Shown here: one piece after another, positions 1 through 11,900 of the stretch | Numbering within the stretch: position 1 is the first letter of the stretch | How the letters are laid out: the number at the start of each line of letters is the position of its first letter | Source: Azolla caroliniana | Taxonomy: Eukaryota; Plantae; Polypodiophyta | Assembly: GCA_043228905.1 (NCBI GenBank) | Contig: JBHGNT010000378.1 | Coordinates: forward strand, 1 to 30,248 | DNA: 30,248 bases | Reading direction: 5' to 3' | The notes under the pieces: generated by a model | What the model saw: only the letters and a program-made list of their open reading frames with translations | Database searches by the model: none | What the model was told of the DNA's origin: nothing | Position numbers and translations under genes: made by a program

Positions 1-1700
1 ACAGTTGCAACTCCACTATTTCTATGCATAGATAATCTAGTGTGAACCGGTCAACTTTAATGTTTTGAAAACGCATGACTGGCAAGATTTTGTGGCACAA
101 GCATATGCAGGTGATATATCATTCATGTCACCAAACAACCCAATGATATGAGAGTGATAATGGATGCCCTCAAATTGTATGGATTAGTTTTGCATAATTT
201 AACAAGTTTAAACTCTTACTCTTCACAAGATACAACTGCCATCAAGCTCTGAGGCCAGGTCAGATTGTTATCCCAAACAAAATGGTTAGAAAATTTAGAT
301 CGGATGGAATGCAACAAGGAAAGTATAGGCCGGACGAGTTCTGCAAAAAGTGCAACAAAAGCTAAGTTATTGGCGTATTACAAGATGGCCCCTCCGAAGT
401 AAGCTGGAAATAGTTAGTCCATATTCATGGCTTACATGCAGATTAACTTGATTATGGTTCATTGGCCCAAACAAATGATCTGAAAGGTTAACTCAGAAAT
501 TGTAGAACACTTTTGGTGCTCTAAATGGTCACACAAAGGTGTAAGTTTCCTATCACAAGAGAAATTATGCACCACATGAATATAAGGAGGAATAAACTTT
601 CTTAATTTTCAAGTTGCATACATTGTCTAGAAATGCAATTTCATAGTCATAATTCGCTCAACAGACATTGCCTTGGGCAAAGATGCTAGCATTATGTTTG
701 TTTGTCAATTTAAAAACCAGGACATTTGGCTCATGGAATACTAACCATTGGGATATCATTTTAGGAAACGCTTGATGGACATATCAAAGGATGTCCATTT
801 AGTTCCAAGTTTCTAAAAGACTGGAAGGTAGCATTGCAGTTATAAAATGGAAAGGAAGAAACTCGAAATCAGGGAACCTTCTGCGCTTAGAAAGCTTACA
901 TATGACTGCTATATTTCCAGAATCATTAGTAGAACAAGAATCTAGAAAAGCTGTTTTCTAAGAAATGAAGGAGGTGAAATCAATTCAGAATGTATAAATT
1001 ATGGTCACTTATTCCGCTTCGATGACATGGCATGTTGTTCTAGTTTTGGCCAACATCATCGACCCATATGGAATAAAGTGGCAGTTGGTACTCTCATAAG
1101 TGCTTCTGCTAGTTTTACACAGATTATAGTATTCATGATTGGATGCTGGAAAAGGCAATATTGTTACTGCAGTGGATAAGATTAACACACATTCAGTGCA
1201 TTAGTTGTTATAATTCTCCTCATGGTTTCAAGAGCCTACAAATGCTTTGTGGCACTTGCACAAATTATGGCCATGGTGATAAAAGAGGCTTATGAGTGCA
1301 GGGAGGTCTGGTCTTCCATATAAGCTTATTGGACATGCTTATTGGGTGTGCTTCCCACAGGGTTGAATCTTGAAAGGAGAAAGATAACTTTGTCGCAACG
1401 TGCACGTTGTGGTGGAGAATCAAAAACCATCTTATACTTCTTATGGACCTGCTCAATCACCAAAACATTTACATAAAGAATACATGCATCACTTTTACCC
1501 AGATTTCCCAAGCAAAGGTTTGGGAATAACATTTGGTTGTTTGGACAGATCCTGTGTGACCTATCAACCATGCTTATTTCCTCCAATCGACAATATTTTG
1601 GTCACTTTGGACCATCTGGATGACCAACAATTGTAAGGTCTTAAGTGAAAACCAACTGCAAGAAGCTAGCTTCTTCAAGCAATGCCTCAGTCATTCCTGT
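1..1700 (+). mobile_element. Heavily decayed L1-like LINE ORF2 remnant (boundaries approximate; runs off the left edge)
   Basis: Frameshifted and stop-ridden fragments translate as PLFLCIDNL (13-39), VAQAYAGDISF (92-124; degenerate YADD) and MDALKLYGL. Near 548-600 they give FLSQEKLCTP..GGINF, resembling the L1 W..VC.PK..GGLG block. Confidence 0.55.
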
Positions 1701-2129
1701 TCATTTGTCTTCAACTTACGGGACATCCCATCAGCAGTTCTAAGCATTTTAGTGTCTACTGGACACTGTGTACATTTCTCTTAGATATTTTTGGGTTTTC
1801 AACTTACATTGAGGTTTCCCACTTGTAATATAAGTATTAAACAAAAAACAATTGATGGAAAATGCCGCAATTCTCTTGCAGTTAGAAAATGCATTGAGTA
1901 AAGAATGACAATATAATGGGATCCTACCTCCCTTCATGCATATTCTGAAAACACACATGATATGCTATCCCTCTAGGAGCTAGAGGAATAGAGTTCTTTT
2001 TCAACATATGTGCAAACACACAAAATTACTCGTTTGGGAAGAATTGTTATTGAATGAGCAGTTTAACAGACATAAAAATATAAAAAATCCAAATGAAACT
2101 GTAAAAGAGGATAAGATGAGATTTTGAAC

Positions 2130-3407
2130 CTTGCAACGAGTATTTGTTTCCTCTAAAGTTAAAAGACCATTTCTTTTGACATCATAGACTTCTCCTCCTT
2201 TGAGTTTACTTGATGAGTTCAGCCGATGCCATCTTTTTTGGTAAAGGATATGCCAAACAATATTTGAAGAACAAAGAAGATGCCATTGCCTAGAACAAGC
2301 ACCCAGAGAGCATACATCCAAAACCTACATCAATCAATTGTGGTATACCCTCTTAATAAGTCAATATAAATCTTCTTCTCCCAAGAAGAAAACATTCATA
2401 TATGCATACATCAACAATACGTTTCATGATTAATATCATAAGATGCATGCCTATTCATTAACTCACGTACTTAACCAAAGAGTGCATAGACACACATACA
2501 TATATACATGTATCCATAAAATGGATACAAAATAAGGAATCCATGTGTACCCAAAAGGTAGACTCATGGAATGCAAATATCCATCACACATGCATATCGA
2601 AAATATGTTATGTGATCGATGCATAAGCTTTGTGTGTTGATCCACCCAATATGTGCAGAAACGTATAGACAGATACATCAAATAAAATGGGTAAAAACTA
2701 AGTGTCAGGAGTGATTATACGAACAACCGATAGATTACACATACATTGATGCACCACATCGAATGGATAGAAATAAAGAAATAGGATCGAATATAGATGC
2801 ATCCAATGAATACACGTACATAGATGCATCACTTCAAATGGATAGCAATAAAGCAATAAGATTACGTTTGGATGTATCCAATAAATAAAATGAGGGGCAT
2901 CACGAAATATGGATAGGAAGTAAGAATCAAGAATAATTATGTAAAAATTCAAATATATATACATACATACATGAATCAGATGGAACAGTTACAAATAATG
3001 TATGGATGCAAATGGACCCAATGGAACATATACATAGATGCATCACATCAAATGGATCCGAGGAATACAGGTAACATGTAAATGGATAGAACTAAGCATC
3101 AAAGTCATCATGTATGCTTACACATACACAATCAGTCTTAATTCACATGATACATACATATATACACAGGCATACACGCATACGCATACATGTACACACA
3201 CGCATATAGACACGTCACATCAAATGGTCCCAATACACATTCACAGATGAAGAATCAGAGAAAGCAAATAGGAAGAACCATTAGAGAAGGTCAAACCAGT
3301 TTACTTACAGAAAGGAGAGTGATGATGTTAGTACAAATATCTCCAGGTATCTCAAGTTGTTGAATTATTATTGGAGCATTATCTTCTCCTCTGCAAAGTA
3401 TTTCCAT
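2130..3407 (-). CDS. F-box domain protein, first two coding exons (3' part not resolved in this window)
   Basis: Exon 1 3407-3309 (ATG, 99 nt, GTAAGT donor) joins exon 2, which starts at 2324 after a TAG acceptor, in frame: MEILCRGEDNAPIIIQQLEIPGDICTNIITLLS|VLDVCSLGACSRQWHLLCSSNIVWHILYQKRW, a typical F-box. Exon 2 probably ends at 2130 (AAG|GTTCAA, weak donor); otherwise it reads on to the stop at 2001. Confidence 0.75.
2660..3232. repeat. Degenerate dispersed ~24-bp motif (ATAGATGCATCACATCAAATGGAT consensus) in the F-box intron
   Basis: Recognisable copies near 2670, 2745, 2820, 3035 and 3206, with partial copies between them and irregular spacing. Confidence 0.55.
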
Positions 3408-3580
3408 GGCCAAAAAATAGCAGAAGAAGAAGGAGAAGAAGAAGACAATGGGGAGAAACAGAGCATTTCCTTTTGTAAATCAAAAGAATAAATAAAGGAA
3501 GACAAGAAAAATTAATAAACACTTTTTTAAAATGATGTTTTCACTTTCCATTTAAGAATTAGATTTTTAGTCAAAATCTG

Positions 3581-3736
3581 GTCATTAATGGGAAGCAATT
3601 AGTGAGTAATTAGTTATTTTAGCATGGAGCTCATTAATGGAGAGTAATTAGTGAATAATTAGTTATTTTAGTATGGAGGTCATTCATGGAATGTAACTAG
3701 TGAATAATTAGTTATTTCACCATGGAGGTCATTAAC
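3581..3736. repeat. 49-bp tandem repeat, ~3.2 copies, upstream of the F-box ATG
   Basis: Unit GTCATTAATGG..G.AATTAGTGAATAATTAGTTATTTTAGCATGGAG recurs at ~3581, 3630, 3679 and partly at 3728. Confidence 0.85.
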
Positions 3737-5400
3737 AACTATCAAGCGTATTGTTGAGAGAATGGTCTTTGTATAAGGCAACTAACCCTAATAGCTCCTT
3801 ATCCTCGTGGGTTTTAACGTGCTCATTAACACGAGGCTTTAACATTGTCAACGAATGAAGGTTAATTTATGATTTTGTGACAATCTTCATGTGTTGATTC
3901 CTTTCGATAACAAATGTGCATTTACTTCTTCCCTTTTATCATACATCGTCAGAATTCACTTGTTTCGATGACTCATAATGTTACCATCGTTATGTAAACT
4001 TTTATTATCCATGATTTTGCACCCCAGGATAATAATAGTGCGGGAAAAAATGATTGAAAAATGGGTTTGCCTAGGTTTAAAATAAGGAGAATTCAAGGCT
4101 CACAAAGTGTGCATCATTGGGTTCATTAATATTCCCCTAGTAGGAATTGGGCTTTACCTTGAATTTTCATAATGTTTTGCTCTTTTAAGCAAATGTAAGA
4201 AAATTCCTCGAACTTGTTGTCGTTAATTTCGATGGTTCGCCTAAAATAATAATCAAAGAAATTAGCCATAAGTTTTCAAAGGCCTTGAATGTAAAGTATT
4301 AACCACTATGACTATGACTATAAGCATAGTGTATGGTGTTTGTTATATAGGTTAAGAACATAACACCACAAGCATTTTTAATCGTGCAATCAATATGATC
4401 ATCAAACTTCGACCATGAACAATGAACTTGGATTCCTTGTGGGGGGTATGTAGGTCCAGTGGTGTCCTAGTTTTATTCAATTAGCTGGCTTGAAAGAGAT
4501 TTCAAACTACACTTTTTTATTTTGATATTTTTTATCCATTTTCGGTTTGCAAGGTTTTACTTTTTGGCATAATGTGCGTATGTTGAAAGGTAGTATGTTT
4601 ACATGTGGAATTAGAAGCTTTAAAATACTAAATATCTAAAGGATATGGGGTCCTAGGAAATAATTGGATATAAAATATAAAATTTTATTCCTGTATTTAT
4701 TACATGGATTATGTATTAACAAATGAGGCTGCTTATTATGATAATTTTCACCATATTAGATTAGGCGACATTTGTATATGTATTTGAATGTGGGCAAAGA
4801 ATTGGTGTGCATGGTTACAAAACTAAATTTATGAAGATTTTTTTAGAATAAACTCAACATCAAACCCAACACACAAGACTCAATTCCACAACTACAATGT
4901 CGCTACCACAGTCTTTTCTTCTTCTTCTTCTTTCCAAAAAAGGAAAGATACGACATTATTAGAAAACGCCACAAGGCTATATGTACATACAAGATAATAC
5001 CACAAATCCCCTTTATTTTTCTAAATTCTAACCATCGGCCTAAATAAATACTTTGGTGTTGAGTAAAACCACTCCGCCTTATTAGAAAGCCGTCTATAAA
5101 ATATACCAATGTCCCAAATGGCATAAAATACATACAAGTTCCACTTGGGTCACAACCACAACCTTTGACATTATATCGGCAAATTCATGGTTATGGTTTA
5201 CTCTCACCAAAACTGAATGGGAACCTCACAAATTGTTAAAGCAAACTATTGAGAAATGTGCATGGGTTGAGCAAGATTGCACACGAAAACAAGTCCATGA
5301 AATAAAAAACATATGATACCTCCTATATTTCTTCCTAACTAATGGGTAGCATACATACTTTTTTGGAGAATAAAATAAAATAAAAATGCTCTAGTAAATT

Positions 5401-5405
<5 letters not shown>

Positions 5406-5434
<29 letters not shown>
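5406..5434. repeat. (TC)n microsatellite
   Basis: Direct reading. Confidence 0.95.
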
Positions 5435-5739
5435 AGTGAAAGCTTATGATCATAAAAAATGTGTGTGAAAAGCCTTTGTTAGGATGAACGGACAAGTGAA
5501 TTTTTTAAGCAATATTTCAAAATTTTAAAGGCCCCCTAACTTTGATGTTTTGACATTGTTGGGATTCTAGTTGTATGCCTTGAGCATAGAAGGTTTGTCT
5601 CGTTAAATTATTTCCAAAGTTGGCATCACCCAAGTCATTTCCCCAACAAAACTGCATTCTCCGATTGAAGAAGCTTTCAATCTCTCGTTGAGGGGTTGTC
5701 GTATTTTTTTTCAAAATATTTTAGTAGTTTTGATACTAA

Positions 5740-6160
5740 TAGCCATGTTCTTCATAATGACTTTAGTACAATTGTCAAGATACACTCATCTAACAATGTT
5801 TGATGAACCCCACTCCAATGTATGTGAAATCGTTCTTGAAATTTTGCCACATTTGCTCAAACCTCTAGAGTCACCACTTTGTTGATTTTTGAAGCACCAT
5901 GTGTAGCCTTGTCGTGCCTTTATTAGCCATTTCATTCTCATAGACCTCTAGAAATCTTGTGATGTCTTCATCTTTGAATTACCAATCTTTTGAACAAGTT
6001 GTACAACGAAGTGTCAACTTGCTTTCCTATCGGTTAGTTGCGCTTTGTTCTTGTATCATTCGGCTCATCATGGTCCTCATAAAGTTGACTATGTCTGCAT
6101 TGAGGCCGCCCTTAACCGTTTCTTCTATCAGATACTCCCCCTCGTCGACGCTTCATGATC
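5740..6160 (-). mobile_element. Decayed LTR-retrotransposon gag-like fragment
   Basis: The minus strand gives LVQKIG/(frameshift)FKDEDITRFLEVYENEMANKG at ~6000-5915, resembling the F.G..IT.FL..Y..EM N-terminal capsid motif of Gypsy gag proteins. Several stops and frameshifts; recognised by eye only. Confidence 0.4.
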
Positions 6161-6300
6161 GATACATCGAACCACCGGGGTGTAGAAAATGAAGGGAGAG
6201 AACGAACACATACAATAGATTTAGGGGGTGTATGATTGAAGAAACAAACAATATATGATAAAAATATGCTCTATTAATTAGGAACAAAATATTCGTTTGT

Positions 6301-6364
6301 TTGCCACTCCAACTCGAACCCTTGATTTCGATCTTGAGAGATGAGAAACCTTCCTAATGAGCTA
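6301..6364 (-). mobile_element. tRNA-derived SINE-like head (degenerate)
   Basis: Minus strand has A-box-like TAGCTCATTAGG (6364-6353) and B-box-like GGTTCGAGTT (6320-6311) at tRNA-like spacing, with no intact cloverleaf. Weaker similar remnants lie near 6595-6655 (+) and 16560-16613 (-). Confidence 0.45.
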
Positions 6365-6854
6365 GTTTGTTCCCTTAATTACTAAGCAATGAGCTTTTAT
6401 TGATTCCTTCATTCTTCCATTCCTTTTCCTTAAGCAAATGTTTGAATAAGAATGCATGTGAATGTAATCGCCACTTGGCACACTTTGTGCTATGTGTGAT
6501 GCATGAAATCCATGTTGCTCATCTGAGTCACCATGTAAGCAATATACGTAAGACATAATTATGATGGTGGAGAATATAATTTTTGTAGAAGAAGTTATCC
6601 TAATAGTTCACACTTGGTGATTGATACGTGAAATCATGGGTTTGAACCTACTTAGAGTGGGCATGTGCCATGTGTGGATACTAGCATGCATGACACTTCG
6701 AATACTACACAATTTTGTTTTCAAGCTTTTTGCTTCATGACAGTGCAATAATCGTGAGAGAAGGGAACCAATTTGATTGAATGGATGAGAAGGAGGTTAT
6801 GAACACACGTTAAAAGATGGGATTTAGTTTTGGACACCCGAGGAACTAATCGAG

Positions 6855-7053
6855 AGTGAATGTTATGGATGCCCAATTGATTGAATGGACGAGTAGCCCA
6901 GTTATGGACACATGTTGGAATTACTGTAACTAGATCCACTATAAATTCATCCAAGTGAATGTTATGAATGCTCGATTGATTGAATGGATGAGTAGCCAAG
7001 TTATGAACACGCATTGGAATTATTGTTAGATAGATCCGCTATAAACTCATCCA
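6855..7053. repeat. 99-bp tandem duplication (2 diverged copies, plus a partial third near 6770-6811)
   Basis: AGTGAATGTTATG.ATGC...ATTGATTGAATGGA.GAGTAGCC.AGTTATG.ACAC...TAGATCC.CTATAAA.TCATCCA starts at 6855 and at 6954. Confidence 0.85.
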
Positions 7054-7313
7054 CTTCTAGCAAAGCTCTTCGTTTCATTTGGACACCTTAAAATCCTTAG
7101 GTAGAGACCTTATACACATATATATGCATAGTACGTAATATACTCGAATGCATGGGCAACCATTCTACTTTCACACGAATGCAAATGAATGCGTACGGTA
7201 TCAAAACATTCTTATGTTTCTTTTTTTATTATTACACTTTTTACCTTAAAATATATATTTTTACCTTATAATAAATAACGAATACAAAAGTATATTATTT
7301 ACCATACTTCAAA

Positions 7314-7409
7314 GGTGTTTACCATACTCAAATGATTGAAACAATCTCGAATGAGAATACACGTATGGTTCATACTGTGCATATATATATATATACGTTC
7401 ATACTGTGC

Positions 7410-7458
<49 letters not shown>

Positions 7459-7471
7459 AGGCAGAGAAAGA
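7314..7471 (+). repeat. Upstream half of a duplicated TYW 5'-flank segment (homologous to 15109-15220); contains (TA)n/(TG)n
   Basis: GGTGTTTACCATACTC..ATGATTGAAACAA.C.CGAATG.GAAT.CACGTATG...GTGTGTGAGAGG occurs at 7314 and at 15109. Confidence 0.8.
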
Positions 7472-8441
7472 AAGAAAGAAATATATATAAACGTCTTCTA
7501 AGGCCAAATTTGGTCCGTGAGACAAATGGTCCCTTATCTTCTTAATCTTTTCTACCCCAACCACTTCCGAGGGCGTTTGGTTGTTCTTTGTATTTCTGCT
7601 TCCTCAAGAGAGAGGCCGAAACAGCGTAAGTGTATCCACATTCATCGTCTCCCCTTGTTCCTGAAAAATTACACTAGTTACATGTTGATGGATAGTAAAA
7701 GGGTTATGATTAAAACTTTGTAATTTATTCTCCCTATGTTGTTTTAGCTCTAAGATATACCTACCTAGTCTTTTTACACTCGGGGTATCTAATAGTTTGG
7801 AGAGGGTGGGAAAGGGTCCTAATATGTATTGTATTCCGCCTGTATCTTGACATAAGTTGGGCACTTGCATGTGAAGTGATACTCATCCTCTATCTCTATG
7901 TGGCATAACCTACATAGCCTTTCCTCTCTAGGGACTCTATTAGCTCGACCATTCTCAATCTCAAGTTGGTGAGATGGTATCCTAAGTTATCCAATGGCCA
8001 CCCTTAGTGCATATGATAAGAATGTATCTAGATATCTTGGTTGTGTAATAAAACCTAACTTAGAGAAGTGCAAGAAGTGTTCCTTATAGTACAACATTTT
8101 AGATGGGAGTGGCTCTCATGGGGTGATCCATTTATATCAAGTGTAAATTTGTCATATTTCTTGGTGTATCACTTTATTACGGTTTTCATGAGAGATTAGA
8201 GTTTGATCAGTCCCATGGTTGTACTCAAGGGGAGGAAGGTTATTAATGTCTATGTTGTTTGCAAGTAACCAACTCACCACAATGCTATACCAAGAGCTAG
8301 TGTCTCTAGATGCATGTAGGGATCGGGATGCCTCAAAGGCTCGACATGATATCCTATCTTGTGGTTGGCTATGTATCCGATGAATAAAAACTACCATTTG
8401 AAAGAGTGCTTCTACTAACATCGGGGGTAGACAAAACTCTG
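7472..8441 (-). mobile_element. RTE-X-like LINE, 3' part (C-terminal ORF2 with Cys/His finger, 3' UTR, (TTTC)n tail); interrupted by the chromovirus
   Basis: Minus strand ~7983-7852 translates RIPSHQLEIENGRANRVPREERLCRLCHIEIEDEYHFTCKCPTY, the SH.L.IE.GR...CxxC...EDE.HF...CP motif. ORFs 8152-8421 and 7604-7870 fall inside this part, and there are several in-frame stops. The clade call is by motif recognition. Confidence 0.75.
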
Positions 8442-8990
8442 TGTCGTGATTCTTGAGTAGGAAGCAGAGAGAGAGAGCGATGGCGATAGAGATAACGATA
8501 ACGATAGAGATGGCGAGAGCGGTAGAGATAGCGATAGTGATAGAAAGAGAGTGAAAGAGGGAGAGAGTGCGAGAGAGAGAAAAGTATAAGTGAGAGATAA
8601 GAAATGGGAATGCGATTATATTATGAGAAAGAAGATTACAAGGAGTAGGCTAAGGGCTAAAGACTGGTGTTGAACCGAATGAGTTGTGATGAGTGTATGG
8701 ACTCTTATTTATAGGCCCTTATGGAGTATTCTAGAATGTTCTAGAATATTTTAGATATTTATGAATAATAATAATAATAAATATAATCATGAAATATTCA
8801 AGAACATTCTAGAATAATCTAGAATGTTCTAAATATCTCGTAATAACTAAACATATAATTATTATGATTACATCTCACATATGTTATTACAATGGTTAAA
8901 GTACAATATGTAAACCAAGAGGTTATGGGTTCGATTCCTGGTTCGCCAAGATGAATGTCATGATAAGCCAAGATGTATGTCTTCATGACA
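8442..8990 (-). repeat. 3' LTR (549 bp)
   Basis: No differences from 13828-14376 found by eye; adjacent to the PPT. Confidence 0.97.
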
Positions 8991-11900
8991 TTATCCCCCC
9001 TTTTCGATGACGAGTTGCACGAGTCGGAAGAAAAGAGTTCAGACTTGGTTTATGAGGATATTGGTTGTGAAATGCAACAACCATGTCGGAGGCATTGGCA
9101 AGATGTTCGGCAGGCTCCCATGTTCGATCATTAGGTGTATAGCCTAACCAATCAACCAAGTAGTATAGTTTGTTGCGAATGATCTTGGAGTCGAGGATAG
9201 CGGCAACCTCATATTCAGAGCCATTGGAAACGTCAATTGGAGGTGGGGGAGGTGTAACACGACCCGGAATAGAGCTCGTTGTGTAAGGCTCCAAAAGTGA
9301 AACATGGAAGACCGGGTGAAGACGCATATGAGGAGGAAGATCAAGACGAAATGTCACATCATTGATCTTACCACTTATGACATATGGGCCAAAACGTTGA
9401 TAATCCAATTTGTAGCAAGGTCGGGTCGTTTTAATGCTACCTTGTAAGAGCCATACACGATCGCCTACTTGAAATGTAGTCGATGAATCACGCCGATGAC
9501 GGTCAGCAATCTTCTTTTGAGTGTTTTGGGCTTCACATAAATGATGCAAAAGCATATCCTGAACTTCTTGGAGTCGAGTGAGCCGATCTTCAGCAGCTGG
9601 GTTTTTTGGGAGTTCAGGATGTTCAAGCATCGTCCAACGAGGATGGTACCCAATGTTTGCAAAAAATGGGGAATATCCAGTAGAAGAATGCTCGGAGTTG
9701 TTATAAGCAAATTCTGCCAAAGGTAGTAAATCCACCCAATCATCTTGTTGATAGTTGACAAAACAACGTAGATATTGCTCGACTGTTTGGTTGGTGCGCT
9801 CACTCTGCCCATTAGTCTCTGGATGGTAGCCGGAAGAGAGTTTACAAGAAGTATGTAAGAGTCTGAACATGTGCCGCCAAAATTTCGAGATGAATTGGGG
9901 ACCCCGATCACTGATAATATCATCCGGAAGACCATGATGGCGAAACACCTCCCGCATGAGTAAATTAGCTGTCTCTTGACTAGTAATGGTCTTTGTGCAT
10001 GGAAGGAAATGTGCCATCTTCGTAAAACGATCGACAACAGTGAGAATCGAATCAAATCCCTTGGAAGGTGGAAGATCCGTAATAAAGTCCAAGGAAATAG
10101 ATTTCCATGGGCTCTCCGGAATAGGCATTGGCTGTAATAAGCCATATGGATGATGTCGAGGCTTTTTTGATCGGCAACATGTATCACAGCTACGAACATA
10201 ATCCGTAACAAAATGGCGAAGCCGTGGCCACCAATATCGGCGAGAAATCAACTCAAAAGTCTTGTGGATGCCGAAGTGTCCCGCCATTGGTGTGTCATGA
10301 CATTGTTGCATGACTTTGAGTCGAGAAGAACCGTCAGGCACATACAAGAGAGTTTGTCGAAAAAGTAACCCATCATGCCAACTAAACTGGGTGTAGTCTA
10401 GACGAGGATTTTGAGTTTGGGAGCTAGATGCACGATTTGGGATAATATGGCTCAAAACCTCTTGGGCGAACGCATCAGTCGCAATCTGCTCACGAATGGA
10501 ATCAAGAAGCCTTGAATCTCCCGGTGTGTTGATGGTATGCATTGCCATTATTCGTAGACGATCAGGACCTAAGAGGATTTGCTTTTGGCTTTCAAATGCG
10601 GCCTCTCCAGGTTGAAGTTCCATATACGAACGTCTAGATAAAGCATCTGCTTTTCCCTGTTGCATCCCAGGGCGATATAGAATTACAAAATCGAAACGAG
10701 TTAAGAACTGCGCCCAACGAGCTTGTCGTCGATTCAAGACTCGAGCACTTTGAAAGTATGTTAGATTTTTATGATCATTGTAGACAATAATCTGCTGAGA
10801 AGAACCCTCCAGAAAATGACGCCATTGTTGAAAAGAATCCACAATGGCAAGAAGCTCTTTGTCGTGAATCTCATAGTTGATTTCTGCGGCTTCAAATTTT
10901 CGTGAGTGAAAAGCCACCGGGTGCAGTTCACCATCATCACCAATTTGGGATAGTACACTTCCGAGTGCGAAATCCGATGCATCAGCTTCAAGTATAAAGC
11001 GCCTCATTGGATCGACATGGATTAAGATTGGTGCGGATGTAAATGCTTGCTTTAAACCCTCAAATGCAGAGTTCGCATCTATACTCCATACAAATGATCG
11101 ATTCTTGTGCGTCAGTTGAGTGAGGGGCAACACAATTTTTGAATAGTCTTTGATGAACTTGCGATAAAAGTTTGCGAACCCCAAAAAACATTGCACATCT
11201 CGCACGGACTGTGGTGTTTGCCAATCCAAAATTGTTTGAACCTTTGATGGATCCATAGAGATGCCATTTGAAGAGACTATGTACCCCAAAAACTCCACTT
11301 GACGTTGGTCGAAACTACACTTCTCCAATTTTGCATAGAGACCATACTCTCGTAGCCGTTGCAAAACTTGGCGAACATGTATATCATGTTCTTCTTGAGT
11401 TTTTGAGTAGATCAAGATATCATCCAGGTAAACAATGATGAAGATATCGAGAAAGTCTCGAAAAATATCATTCGCCATATGTTGGAAGACTGCTGGTGCA
11501 TTCGTGAGGCCAAAAGGCATCACTGTGTACTCAAAATGACCATAGCGAGTGCGGAACGCCGTCTTCCATTCATCCCCAGGACGAATTCGAACAAGGTTGT
11601 AGGCACCTCGAAGATCTAACTTCGTGAAATACTTTGCTTCACTGAGGCGTTCTAGAAGGCTTGAGATCAATGGGAGAGCATATCGGTTTCTAACGGTCAC
11701 TTTATTCAAGCCTCGATAATCCACGACCATACGAAGCGTACCATCTTTCTTCTTAACGAAAAAGATGGGTGCACCAGCAGGAGATTTTGAATGTTGGATA
11801 AAACCATTTGCCAAGTTCTCATTGATATATTCTCGAAGAACCTCTAACTCCGTGGGCGAAAGATTATAAATTGGTCCCCATGGAGGCTCTTTTCCTGGCT

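Noticed and set aside
2660-3232. Repeated ~24-bp motif with unique intervening sequence, superficially CRISPR-like
   Set aside because: Copies are degenerate and irregularly spaced, lie in a eukaryotic spliceosomal intron, and no cas genes are present.
8878-8948. Functional tRNA-Tyr(GTA) gene in the LTR
   Set aside because: Acceptor and anticodon stems do not pair (ACAAT vs CCAAG) and the T-stem is imperfect. Kept only as a tRNA-like promoter module.
9465-10211. 248-aa alternative-frame ORF overlapping integrase, and other short ORFs inside gag/pol
   Set aside because: No recognisable motifs and no expression signal; best explained as shadow ORFs of a long coding region.
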